A DNA stretch of 64,000 nucleotides from Octopus sinensis (Eukaryota). Every line of letters starts with the position of its first letter. The first letter of the stretch is position 1. The stretch covers positions 24,365,360 to 24,429,359 of the forward strand of contig NC_043019.1 of the NCBI RefSeq assembly GCF_006345805.1, written 5' to 3'. The notes beneath the pieces were generated by a model, which was not told where the DNA came from, did not search any database, and saw only the letters and a program-made list of their open reading frames with translations. The position numbers were made by a program, and so were the translations under genes. Of the stretch, positions 1-12,613 are shown one piece after another.

Positions 1-217
1 GGGGTAGATAGAGGGAGAAGGAAGGGAGAGAGAAAGTAAGTTTGTGAGTGGGTGTGAGGTTGTGTGACTGAGTGTATGTGTGCAATTTTGTTTGTGGGTG
101 TGCGTGTGTGCGTGCATGTCTTACAGTTTATGAGTGCCTGCGTGAGTACGAGTGTGCATATGTTGTATGTAGGACTACGCATATGTACTCCTGTCTGCGT
201 GCGTGTGTGTGTGTGTT

Positions 218-258
<41 letters not shown>

Positions 259-1204
259 TCGTGCGTGCGTCTATCTGTGAGTGCATGTGTGTTTTCTGTC
301 TATGTATATTTGTCGGTGTGCGTGTGCACGCGCATGTTTTTCTGCTTATGAGTGCCTGCGTGCATACGTGTGTATATGTGTTGCATGTAGGACTACGCAT
401 ATGCGCGTGTATTTGAGCTTGCACGTGGGGTTGTATATAAAAATTAAGTTAATATATAGAATATGTTACGAAAATACAACACTTTGTAAATAGTTTTATG
501 ATGATAACTCGAAATTTGAACAGTTTTACTGTTGAAATGTGTAAGTCTACATCTAACCAATAAGTTTAGGTGCTTAAAGCTAACCAAGATTTTCAAATTA
601 TTTGGGCAACTTACAGCACAACGCTCCTTCACTGAATCGGATGCCAGTCAGTGGGAGAGTCTCCTCCAGATGCTACTGATTCTAGTTTTCAGATAAGTGG
701 AAAGGAACAATAAAATGCATTGTTCAATGAAACAAGGCAACAATCATTCAAACGAAGACCCTAATGAAAATAACCAAACATTAGCCACCTGTTCTCTTGC
801 GTTCAGTTACTTTTAATTAGTAATTTTTTATGTGAAATATTTTGTGCATTTTTCTTTGCGTGTTCAGAACTGTAATGTAGTGTAACAGTAATTATGACAA
901 ATATAACTTTTATATCTCTTCGAGATGTAACCTGGACCAGAATATCTTTAAAGAGCCAAATGCATTATCAGTCCATTGAATAGACAGTCAAAAACAGTCA
1001 AAATTCATATTTAAATCGCCAGAATACACTGATAATAATAACAGAAATCAACTATCCGAAGGCAAACGGGTTAAGACAATCTCTTAGTAAACATTTAAGC
1101 ATTTGAACTCACCTATTTGCTCCCTATTGAAACATATACGTGTGTGTGTGTGTGTGTGTGTGTGTGTACATATATATATATATATGTATATGTATGTATG
1201 TATG

Positions 1205-1315
<111 letters not shown>

Positions 1316-2438
1316 ATATCACCTGCAAATATATATTCTTAGTTGTGAATATACACACACGCACAGACACTGATAAACACATACACACGCACACATACGC
1401 ACATGCACCCACGTACCACATACACACAGAGATCATTCTTCATACATATTGGACATCAGTATATCAGACACAAAACAACTCTTTCTTTTATTTCTCCCGT
1501 ATTGAATTTTAAAAAACATAATGAAGCATTTGTGATTGAAGTTTTCCGAATACAAGCAGCAACTTCTGAAAAAGAAACAATTACTAACGTCTTGTATTCA
1601 AGACACAATGAAGCTATAACTATGCCTGCAAAGAATATATAAACTTCTGGAACAAAACGTAGAGTAGTAGAATGGACACTTGACAGAAAATCAAGACAAA
1701 AAAATTTAAATCCACTTACCTTGACACGACATTTCTTCACTTCAACAGGACGGAATAACAATTCACTGAAGCAGACGACACCCTGACCTGCTGATGTATA
1801 CCACGTGACTTTATCTGAAACGCTGTAACAAGTTTTGCAGCGTTTCTAACGCAAAGTAAGGTTTACATGTGTGTGCATGTTTGGGTGTGTGAGTGTAATT
1901 TTTGTGAATTTGCGCGTATTCGTGTGTATGTGTGTGTATTTGTATCCAAGAGTGTTGGACGGCGCGTATCAGCTAGTGTAAGTTTGCGGTCAAGATATGA
2001 CTATATTACTAATATATAGCTACCTGTAAGACGGCCGAGTGGCAAAATCGTTAGCATTTCGTCTGGTTTTCTTCTAGTTGAAATGCCACTGAGGTAGACT
2101 TTTCCTTTCATCTTTTGGGTGTCGATAAAATCAGCACGAGTTGAGCAAAGAGGGTCAATTCCAATGTAAATACCTTTACATTTAATCTAATGTGCTACGT
2201 CTAACTATTGAGTATATAAACATACAGTTTAGCTAATGTAGATATCGAAATGTCAGTGCATATAAACGTATACATACATACTTACACTCACGCCTATATA
2301 AGTGCATGTGTCCATATACATATATATATATATATATATATACATATGCATTTGTATATGTACATATTTATTTACATCTATGCATACAACTATGTATATA
2401 CACACATATATTCATATATACATATATACGTGCATACG

Positions 2439-2495
<57 letters not shown>

Positions 2496-2539
2496 TATAT
2501 ATATGCACACACATATATATATATCTATCTATCTATAAT

Positions 2540-2864
2540 ACAACACCACCATAATATAACACCACCACAACCACCAATATCTCAAACAAGGAATCCCCAA
2601 ATCTGCCGCTATTCCCAGCGAGACAGATTGTGTTTGCACAGGGATTGCCCCTTTACCCATCTCCCGGGGACTCGTCGGACATTTAAAGATAACCACTCAC
2701 ATAAAAATAGCCGCGGCCACAGTCACCTGCGGTTGCCTAGACAGGAAACCACCTCTTCTTCCTCTTTTTTAGCTATAATGAATCTAGCAAAAGAACTGGA
2801 AAAAAACATCCGAGCTATCACCCACCACCATCCACCACTATTACCCCACTGCACATGCCATTAA
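2540..2864 (+). CDS. C-terminal part of LINE ORF1 with a CCCH-like zinc finger
   Basis: Peptide ...[23 protein letters not shown]... gives C-x8-C-x4-C-x3-H. The TAA stop at 2862-2864 overlaps the ORF2 ATG at 2855. The N-terminal part of the tracked ORF (2250-2540) is microsatellite. Confidence 0.6.
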
Positions 2865-3790
2865 AAAGCAATCAAATAAACAAATCACCAAAACAATTAA
2901 AACCATCCACTCTCGCCTCAACATTTCTGCTTAATGCCCAAGGCATCAGCCCTTCCACCAATACACAAAAATGGAAGATAAGATTCCTGGAGGACTGGGT
3001 CGAGGCCCATCCAAACCACATCCCTTTCTTCGTCCTCACTGAAACCCATCTTAGTGGCCTCCACTTGGAAGCCGAGGTGAAAGTTAAAAATTTCAAAACC
3101 ATTCGTGCTGATCGTGCTGGCAGAAGAAAGGGTGGGACTGCCATTTATGTCCATGATTCATTCTCAACAGAAGCCATGAAGATATTTTCCAATGGATACT
3201 GCGAAGCAGTCGCTGTATTCAGTCAAACCAACAACTTAACAGTAGTTGGGCTCTACAGACCACCCCAAACGCCCCTACCATGCTTCAAGGAATGCCTCAA
3301 CAGCATAAAGTGTTTCATTCAGCAGTGTCAACCTGACAACATTTTAATGATGGGAGACTTCAACCTTCCCGGGGTTGATTGGTCTACAAACAGTCTGCCG
3401 CCAGGTTCTTCTCTCTCAACCCCTGACAGGGAGGCAGTGGAATCGCTTCTTGACTTCATGGATGACTTCTTCTTGTCCCAACTGGTACTCGAACCAACGA
3501 GATGTCACAAAAACGTCTTAGACTTAATTTTCAGCAATCACACTGATACTATCCACAATATTGCAGTGGAGAAAACCCTACTCTCCGACCATGACATGGC
3601 TCTCTGTGATCTGAGATTTCACTGGCCAAAATGCAAAACAAATGTCATCCCTCCTGTTCATCCATTTGACACTATGGATTTCCACAATGCAAACTGGGAA
3701 GCGATCAATAATGATCTTGCACAAGTCGATTGGTCCTTCACGCACACATACACACCACTAACATCAAAAAGTCCTGGCAGTCACTTGTAG
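2855..3790 (+). CDS. LINE ORF2 N-terminal AP-endonuclease domain
   Basis: Motifs [48 protein letters not shown] and SDHD are typical APE/EEP motifs. Confidence 0.92.
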   Translation: MPLKSNQINKSPKQLKPSTLASTFLLNAQGISPSTNTQKWKIRFLEDWVEAHPNHIPFFVLTETHLSGLHLEAEVKVKNFKTIRADRAGRRKGGTAIYVHDSFSTEAMKIFSNGYCEAVAVFSQTNNLTVVGLYRPPQTPLPCFKECLNSIKCFIQQCQPDNILMMGDFNLPGVDWSTNSLPPGSSLSTPDREAVESLLDFMDDFFLSQLVLEPTRCHKNVLDLIFSNHTDTIHNIAVEKTLLSDHDMALCDLRFHWPKCKTNVIPPVHPFDTMDFHNANWEAINNDLAQVDWSFTHTYTPLTSKSPGSHL

Positions 3791-5871
3791 ACACCATCAC
3801 GAACATATGTGCAAGACACACCCCATTAAGATCTGCAAACAAATCTAAGTGTCGAATCCCTAGAAATAGAAAATCTCTCATAAGGAAAATTAAAAGAATC
3901 AACAAAAAGATCAACATGCTGAAATACTGTCAACAGCAACACACCAACCTGACTGCCATCTCGTCGCTAGAGATTAAAAAACATAAACTCCAAAACAACA
4001 TGACGTCTATCATCAATAGTCAGCGAAGAGCTGAAGAGGCCTGGGCCATTGAGAAGATCAAACTCAATCCCAAAGTGTTCTTTTCATTTGCAAAAAAACA
4101 CAGAGTGACTGGTTCTACTGTTGGCCCTCTGATTGATGAAAATGGTACTCTTCAAGACAATGCCAAAACCATGGGAGAGATATTGCAGAAACAATATTGC
4201 TCTGTTTTCAGCAATCCTGATATGACTGATCTGGGCTGTATCAGTGATGTTACTCCCCAATACACTTTATCGGACATAACATTTGGCGCTCCTGATGTCT
4301 TAGCAGCAATAAAGGAAATGAAGCATAATTCAGCAGTAGGTCCCGATAGGTCCCCTGCTTGTGTCTTGAAGATGTGTCAAAACCAACTTGCACCCCCTCT
4401 AGCCAATCTGTGGCGGAACTCACTGGATGCTGGATATATACCAGAAGACCTTCTATCCCAGTCTGTTGTCCCAGTTTTCAAAAAAGGAAACAAATCGCTT
4501 GCCGTGAATTACCGTCCAATCTCACTCACCTCTCATATCATCAAGGTATTTGAGAGGGTGCTGAGATCGCGTATGACTCACTTCCTTGAAAGTCATAATA
4601 TGCTGAACCCCAACCAGCATGGATTCCGTAATGGGAGAGATTGCCTGACGCAGCTACTGCATCATTTTGATGACATTTTGAAAGCCTTGGGAGAAGGTTC
4701 CAACACTGATGTCATCTACCTTGATTTCAGCAAGGCCTTTGACAGGGTTGATCATAAGATCCTTCTGAGAAAGCTGTCCAATATTGGTGTCACTGGAAAG
4801 CTGCTGCAGTGGATCAAGTGCTTCCTGTCTAACAGAACCCAACATGTTGTAGTCGAAGGAGTCAAATCCAGCTCAGCCAAAGTCAGCAGTGGTGTCCCAC
4901 AAGGCACTGTGTTGGGCCCACTTCTCTTCATCATCTACATAAATGATATTACTGACACCATCAAACACAGTAACATCAGAACCTTCGCTGATGATTCCAA
5001 GCTCCAGAAGGTCATCAATGGTGTGGATGACCGAATAAACCTTCAGTCAGACCTACTGGCTGTTGTCCAATGGGCGGAAAAGAATAACATGTTGCTAAAT
5101 GAAGACAAATTCGAACTGATCCACTTTGGAAGGGAGGACGCTCTGAAACTCCCATACTCTCTTCCATCTGGAGAAATTCTCATGGCATCCAACAACATCA
5201 GAGACCTGGGAGTAACAGTGGACAACAACATAAGCTGGGCTACACATATAAGCAGCAAAGTTGACATGGCCCGCAGAATGTGTTCCTGGATTCTCAGAAC
5301 CTTCCAGTCGAGAGATTCCCACGCTATTATCCTTCTCTTCTCCACTTTTGCCCGACCCCACCTTGAATACTGCTGTCCACTGTGGTCTCCCTACACAAAA
5401 CAAAATATTATGAGAATTGAAGCTCCTCAAAGGTCAATCACAAAAAAGATAGATGGCATGTCAGACCTTGGCTACTGGGGTAGACTAGAGAAGCTGAAAT
5501 TGTATTTACTCCAACGACGCCGTGAACGCTACATTATCTGTATGCTGTGGAAAATATTCCACCAGCACTGTCTGAATGATGTTGGCATCACCTTCAAAAT
5601 GCATCCAAGGCTTGGACCACGTGCCATCCGTCCACAACAAAAATCTAAATCGCATCACATAACGACAATACGGCACAACTATTTCACCTCAATTGGACCT
5701 GCTCTCTTCAACATTACACCAGGGCACGTCAAAAAAGAAACTGACCACACAAAATTCAAGAAGTCTTTCGACAAATTCCTTCAAACAGTACCGGACAAAC
5801 CACCCACACCCGGATATGTCTCCGCAAACAATAACTCTCTGCTCGAATGGGCCTTGGTGCCCAAATCCTGA
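3730..5871 (+). CDS. LINE ORF2 reverse transcriptase and C-terminal region (frameshifted relative to the endonuclease near 3755-3770)
   Basis: Motifs NYRPISLTS, NQHGFR, YLDFSKAFDRVDH, SGVPQGTVLGPLLF, FADD, DLGV and RPHLEYC..WSP; 713 codons without a stop. Confidence 0.95.
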   Translation: MVLHAHIHTTNIKKSWQSLVDTITNICARHTPLRSANKSKCRIPRNRKSLIRKIKRINKKINMLKYCQQQHTNLTAISSLEIKKHKLQNNMTSIINSQRRAEEAWAIEKIKLNPKVFFSFAKKHRVTGSTVGPLIDENGTLQDNAKTMGEILQKQYCSVFSNPDMTDLGCISDVTPQYTLSDITFGAPDVLAAIKEMKHNSAVGPDRSPACVLKMCQNQLAPPLANLWRNSLDAGYIPEDLLSQSVVPVFKKGNKSLAVNYRPISLTSHIIKVFERVLRSRMTHFLESHNMLNPNQHGFRNGRDCLTQLLHHFDDILKALGEGSNTDVIYLDFSKAFDRVDHKILLRKLSNIGVTGKLLQWIKCFLSNRTQHVVVEGVKSSSAKVSSGVPQGTVLGPLLFIIYINDITDTIKHSNIRTFADDSKLQKVINGVDDRINLQSDLLAVVQWAEKNNMLLNEDKFELIHFGREDALKLPYSLPSGEILMASNNIRDLGVTVDNNISWATHISSKVDMARRMCSWILRTFQSRDSHAIILLFSTFARPHLEYCCPLWSPYTKQNIMRIEAPQRSITKKIDGMSDLGYWGRLEKLKLYLLQRRRERYIICMLWKIFHQHCLNDVGITFKMHPRLGPRAIRPQQKSKSHHITTIRHNYFTSIGPALFNITPGHVKKETDHTKFKKSFDKFLQTVPDKPPTPGYVSANNNSLLEWALVPKS

Positions 5872-5961
5872 ACTGAAAGACTTCGCCAGGTGGTGCTATT
5901 AAGTTAGACATGGCCTGGGCCAATACTGGCCAAAACCTTTCTAAGTTATTCTAAGTTATAT

Positions 5962-6158
5962 AATTAATAGTTATCGCCATACTAATATGGCATTCTTATA
6001 AAAATAAGAAAAAAGCTGTCCGCTTATTAGCTCCATGAGGCCATCGCCTTAAGTTAGCTATTCGATACACAAACTGCATAGTCATGGAGCTAATAAGCGG
6101 ACAGCTTTTTTCTTATTTTTATAAGAATGCCATATTAGTATGGCGATAACTATTAATT
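5962..6158. repeat. Perfect 77-bp inverted repeat (5962-6038 / 6082-6158) with a 43-bp spacer
   Basis: Arms compared base by base and found to be exact reverse complements. Confidence 0.92.
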
Positions 6159-6208
6159 TCAAGGAGCGCTGCCGTAATCTCTTTAGAGGACTTAGTAATT
6201 TTAATATT

Positions 6209-6242
<34 letters not shown>

Positions 6243-6250
6243 ATATATAT

Positions 6251-6340
<90 letters not shown>

Positions 6341-6374
6341 TATATATATATATTATATACCACATACATATATA

Positions 6375-6490
6375 CATGTGGAAATTTTACCGGTCAGTGT
6401 GTTAAATTATAGGGCACAAAAAGACACAACAGAATATGCTTCAACGCACGAATTCACATAAAGAATCTTGCAAATCAAAAACGAAATACA
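6375..6490 (-). repeat. Partial copy of the ~210-bp dispersed repeat also at 60926-61127 and 63749-63956
   Basis: Shares gtggaaattttaccggt..gtgttaaattata..gcacaaaaa..gacacaa.agaatatgcttcaac.cacgaa.tcacataaagaa with 63820-63950. Confidence 0.75.
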
Positions 6491-6559
6491 TGTATACGTT
6501 TATACATATATACATACATGCGCATGTGTGTATGTGTATAAGGGGAATGAGTGTTAGTT

Positions 6560-6800
6560 TGGAGGCGCGTGGCTTAGTGGTTAGTATGCCAGACGAATGA
6601 GCGTGGATTGTGGTTTCCATTACTGGCCTGGACAGCGCGTTGTGATCTTGTGTACTTCTGTTCTTCTGTTCTTTCACGTTGCCACAGTCCAAGAATCAGT
6701 CAAATATGAGTAATACTGTAAAGGACTGAAAGCCCAGTGGTCCGTCAAAAAGGGGTTGTATATACGCCACGGATACCGGCCCTATGAATCTATGCAACTC
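6560..6800 (+). mobile_element. Degenerate tRNA-derived SINE, family C (head tggaggcgcgtggcttagtggttag)
   Basis: A-box-like tggcttagtgg; the head is homologous to the minus-strand copy at 21560-21919. Confidence 0.55.
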
Positions 6801-6848
6801 TGGAAAGATCGTTATACTGTTCTTTCTATCCCTTTGTGTGTGTTTGTT

Positions 6849-6896
<48 letters not shown>

Positions 6897-7235
6897 CATA
6901 TCGGAATATAGATAATAGATAAAATAAAGACACACTAGATAACTATGTAAATTCGTTTGTGTGGTGTAGTTGGATATATCTCAAATTATCAACAACAGTT
7001 TCTCACATTTGTTACTGAATATTTCAAAGATATCAACTGAGCAAGCAATATAAGAATACAATGAAATGATCATGGAGAAATACAGAAGGATACACGTGGA
7101 ATATAAAGTTGAAGCTATGTAATATGTATTATCTATACTAAGGATGCTGTTTTTACTTACTTACATTATCTTAATATATATATACAATTCGTGAAAAAAT
7201 AACGATATGTATGCCTATGCATACATGATAAGATG

Positions 7236-7305
7236 GCCAGATAACCGAAGAGATGGTGGTGTGGATTTCCACCTCGGCATCCGAAACTCAGAGTTTTATC
7301 TTGGC
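7236..7305 (+). ncRNA. Type I hammerhead ribozyme motif with one core substitution (CCGAAGA)
   Basis: Helix I gcca-gataa (7236-7244) pairs with ttatct-tggc (7296-7305). Core CCGAAGA at 7245-7251; helix II gatg..gtgg/ccac..catc; GAAA at 7283-7286; helix III Actc-a-gagU; cleavage triplet GUU. Confidence 0.6.
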
Positions 7306-7404
7306 TACCGAATCATTGTCACATATTATTTTACAGATAAATTTCCTCTATTTACATAATATTGAGGTATCTTTCTTTTGTTATCTTACCGTTTTTACCA
7401 CTAA

Positions 7405-7435
<31 letters not shown>

Positions 7436-7512
7436 CTTTATTTAAAAGCAGCAGAAATTTAACAAAAGCTGTTACTCGGAGTTTCACGTTCCCGTTCGTT
7501 CAATATGTATAT

Positions 7513-7753
7513 GCCGAACCTCTAAGTTACAGGGACGTAAACACACAAACATCGGTTGTCAAGCGATAGTGTGGTGACAAACACAGACACACAAACATAT
7601 ATATATGTATATAGACGATGGGCTTTTTCAGTTTCCGTCTACCAAATCCACTCACAAGGCTGTGGTCGTCCCGAGTCTTATTGTAGAAGACACTAGACCA
7701 AGGTACCACGCAATGTGATTGAACCGGGAACCATGTGATTGGTAAGTAAGCTA
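7513..7753 (-). mobile_element. tRNA-derived SINE, family A (3'-truncated)
   Basis: Reverse complement of the 20973-21375 copy (caaatccactcacaaggct...gaaccgggaaccatgtg...taagcta). Confidence 0.85.
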
Positions 7754-8345
7754 CTTTATTTTATCAAATTTGCCATAGAGGCAGTACAAAGATGGGTAGC
7801 TTTGCGGGCTGGACAAGACATTGATGAGACGAATGATAATAATACGAGATGATAAGGATGGGAGAAGACAGGAAGCGCCCGCCGACCCTCTGCTTCTCTA
7901 TAAGATTGTTCTTCAATAAATCACTACATAAGGTAACGAACCTCTTGCAAAAATGACAACAATATTAATATACAATTTACTAAACATATTCGCCCCCGAT
8001 CAGGCTGTGAGCTGCCCATAGGTACTGCTCCGGATCCCGGTCGGGATCACAACACTCGATTCTGAACAAGTCCTTCGTAAAGGAGCCCACCACCATGGCC
8101 ATGTTGACCTCCGATATGACCTTCGCAGACACCTGCGACAGCAACTCCTGTCTTCGGTCCAGACTAAGGGTTCCTCCGTCAAGCATCGCTTCCTTAGGAA
8201 GCTTTCTATCGCCCTTCCCTTCAGAAAGAATATAACAAACTCATCTTCTCTCCTTCTGGAATGGGCACTGCTCCCTCTGTGGATGGCACACTTCCACCGA
8301 CAGAGTTAAGCTACTTACACACAGCCACCCCTAATATATATATAT

Positions 8346-8384
<39 letters not shown>

Positions 8385-8632
8385 TTCGATGGGTGAATGA
8401 ATTATCCTATGTTTACCGTTAACATGGAAAAGTCACGTCAAATACAGAACACATTGCGAAGTTATTTGATATATATTATAATGTACTCATAATACCGTGT
8501 ATACATACATACTGATATACATACGAACATATAACAATATACATTACATACATACATACATACACAACGCATATGTCGAAAGTAAAGTAATTTTATTAAC
8601 ATCTTCGTTCAACTCCATTTATTTATTTATTC

Positions 8633-8692
<60 letters not shown>

Positions 8693-8716
8693 GTATATAT
8701 ACACACATATATATAT

Positions 8717-8764
<48 letters not shown>

Positions 8765-9514
8765 GCGTGAATAAATATTTACCTGCAAATACATATACTT
8801 GTGAATATACATGTGAATATATATACACGAACAGGCACAGAGCAACGCATACACACACACACACATATGCACATGAGCGCACATGCACACACATAATTGT
8901 ACATACTTAGACATTACTATCTCAGATATAAAACATCTCTTTTATTTCTCCCGTACAGAATTTTAAAAAAACATAATGAAGCATTTGTGATTGAAGTTTT
9001 CCGAATACAAGCAGCAACTTCTGAAAAAGAAACAATTACTAACGTCTTGTATTCAAGACACAATGAAGCTATAACTATGCCTGCAAAGAATATATAAACT
9101 TCTGGAACAAACCGTAGAGTAGTAGAATGGACACTTGACAGAAAATTAAGACAGAAAAATTAAAATCCACTTACCTTGACACGACATTTCTTCACTTCAA
9201 CAGGACGGAGTAACAATTCACTGAAGCAGACGACACCCTGACCTACTGATGTATACCACGTGACTTTATCTGAAACGCTGTTAAAAGTTTTGCAGCATTT
9301 CTAACGCAAACGATGGTACGACGGTGAGCGTTCGTGTGTGTGCGTGCGTGTGTGAATGTATTTGTGGGAGTAAACGTGAATGTGTACGTATGAGTGTGTG
9401 CTTGTGAGATAGCATTTTCGTACACACACGCACACACCTATATATGTGAATGTGAATCCATAAAAATATGCATATGCAAACGTATATATATATATATACT
9501 TAAATATATAATTA

Positions 9515-9588
<74 letters not shown>

Positions 9589-10061
9589 CGCACATAATAT
9601 ATATACGAATATATATATATATATATATATACGAATATATTTATATATATACTATATTATATATATATATATATATATATCTATATATATATACCTACAT
9701 ATATATATAATATATATATGTATGTATGTATGTAAGTATGTATGTATATAGGTATGTAAAATATATGTATGTACTGGCACATAAGTAATGGAAAGAGTAT
9801 ACAAAAGCAGACCAATTACAAATTTATTTATTTTGAAATTATATATATCTTTAATAATTCGTAATAATTTTTTCACTTCTAAAACGAAGTTATTTGATAT
9901 ATATTATAATGTACTTATAATGTTGGTGTATACATACATACACACACGCATATGTATGTATATAATGTGTGTGTGTGTGCGCGTGTGTGTGTGTACGTGT
10001 GTGTGTATATACATACACATATTCATACATGCATACATCAGCATATATATATATATAATTA

Positions 10062-10092
<31 letters not shown>

Positions 10093-10716
10093 CAGCTTTT
10101 TAAAAAATGTTTGCGTATAAACATAAGCGTAGGTGTCAATATGTATATGTATGTATATATATATGTGTGTGTGTACATATATTCATATATATATATATAT
10201 GTGTGTGTGTGTTGTATTTCGGAATGGTCATTTTGGCAGTTTAGCCAATAAATATATATATATCTATACGCATACATGTCGTGCATCTATATGTGTAAAA
10301 TTCATGTCTCAGTTGCAAAGTATATTTGGTTCTGTAAACAATTCTCAAATGTAGGAGGCAAATGTATAAATGAACTTTTGAGAAATATGTGTCTGAATTA
10401 CATACGCCGTACAATTCGAGAAATCTCTCGTTTCGGACAGAATAAATCTATAAAAATGCCTCAATAGAATATATAAACTGCAAAAAAGACATTTTGAACA
10501 AAACATCAGGTACTAGAATGGACATTGCAAAGAAAACCGAGACCAAAGAATTAATATCCACCTACCTACACAGAACATTTAATTTTTGTTTTACTCCAAC
10601 AGGAATGGGTGACAATTGACTGAAGCAGACGACACCCTAGGCTGCTGATGGTTTACCACGTGACTTTATCTGGCCAACACCTGTTACAGGCGTTTCAAAT
10701 TCAACCTAGTGTGTGT

Positions 10717-10755
<39 letters not shown>

Positions 10756-11236
10756 TGTCTGTGTGTGTCTGTGTATGTGTGTGTCTGTGTGCGTGCGTGT
10801 GTCTACGTACATGTGATAGTGCACTTAAACGTATGTTCGTATGTGTGCGCACCTTAGTGTATGTGTTCGTGTGAGTTACTGTATATGTTCGTGTTTATTT
10901 GTACAAGCGTTTGCTAGTGTGTGTGTGTGTGTGTGTGAGTGCATGTGCATTTATGTGTGTGTGTGCGTGTGTTTGTGTGTTTGTGTTTGCATGTGCGTAT
11001 GTGTGCATGTGTCTATGTATATGTGATTGTGCGCTTTTACGTATGTGTGTATGTATGCGTGTGTTGGCATTCGTGTTCTACTTATTTGCAGTGAGATTCA
11101 GACAATACTTTCAATAAGCCTAGTATTTAATTTCATCTTCTTAGGGCCGAACCGCTTCCTTACAGGGGGTAAACACAGCAACTTCGGTTGTCATGCGGGG
11201 GTATGGGGCAAACACCAACACAAAAACACACGCACA

Positions 11237-11335
<99 letters not shown>

Positions 11336-11571
11336 ACTATCCATCAATCTATCTCTGTCCGTGTCTCTCTTTCTCTCTCTCTCGCTCTCTCTCTCTCTCT
11401 CCCTCTCTCCCTCCCATACACACACACAAACGAACACATTGTTCACATACATACATATATGAATACATACATACATAAGTACATACATATATATATATAT
11501 GTTTTGCAAACAACTTGCACATTTTTTGCAAGACACATATATATATATACACGTAGCAATGTATGTATACA

Positions 11572-11612
<41 letters not shown>

Positions 11613-12577
11613 TATATTACATTGCTACGTGTACACATATATGTTTAAACATATATTTATATGTGTATATATAAAAACACATATATATGTGTGTGTGTGT
11701 ATATGTATGTATGTATGCATGTATCTATGTATATATGAATGCCTTGTATGCATGTATGTATGTAGGTATATGTTCGAATGTAGGTAATAGAAATAATGTA
11801 GACAGGATACGTGCTTATACAAATATGTGTTATGAAAGTGTAAATATCTCCAATAATGCATAATTGATTCTCACTGTTCGAAAACGAAAAATGCGTAAGT
11901 TTTTCACTTACCTTGACACGACACTTTGTTACTCCAACAGGACTGGGGTGGTAAATGGTAACATTCACGAGGCAGACGACCACCCTAGCCTGCTGATGGT
12001 ATACCACGTGACTTTATCTGGCCAACAATTGTTACAGCGTTTCAAATGCAATCTAGTGTGTGTATATGTGTGTGTGTGCTTGTGTATGTGTGTGTGTGCG
12101 TGTCTATGTATATGTGATTGTGCGCTTTCACTTATGTGTGTATGTATGTGTGTGTTAGCATACGTGTTCGAGTGAGTTGCTGTGATATTCAGACAATACT
12201 TTCAATACATTGGTAAAAGCCTAGTATTTAATGTCATCTTCCTAGGGCCGAACCGCTTACTTACAGGGGGCAAACACAGCAACTTCGGTTGTCATGCGGG
12301 GGTATGGGGCAAACACCAACAAAAAGATACACGCACATTCTCATCTATCTCTATACTTCTCTTTATCTATCTAGACTATTCTATATCTATCTATCTATCA
12401 TCTATCTACAATATCTATCTATCTATCTCTGTCCGTATCTCTCTTTCTCTCTCTCGCTCTCTCTCTCCCTCTCTCCCGTCCCCATACACACACACAAACG
12501 AACACATTGTTCAAATACATACATATATGCAATACATTACATACATAACATACATACAACATACATATATAACATAC

Positions 12578-12613
<36 letters not shown>

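Larger units (their letters stand above)
2540..5960 (+). mobile_element. 5'-truncated, young non-LTR retrotransposon (CR1/L2-group LINE): ORF1 tail, ORF2 (APE+RT) and 3' UTR
   Basis: ORF1 remnant overlaps ORF2, which has endonuclease and RT motifs. The short 3' UTR ends in a repeated ctaagttat(t) tail at 5941-5959. The element begins abruptly after a (TA)n/(TCTA)n tract. Clade assignment is from motif recognition only. Confidence 0.9.

Noticed and set aside
830-1075. Possible piggyBac-like end (gggttaa at 1068-1074)
   Set aside because: No matching left terminus found.
8240-8310. Plus-strand peptide NSSSLLLEWAL resembling the LINE C-terminus NNNSLLEWAL
   Set aside because: The surrounding sequence does not align with the LINE end; treated as coincidence.
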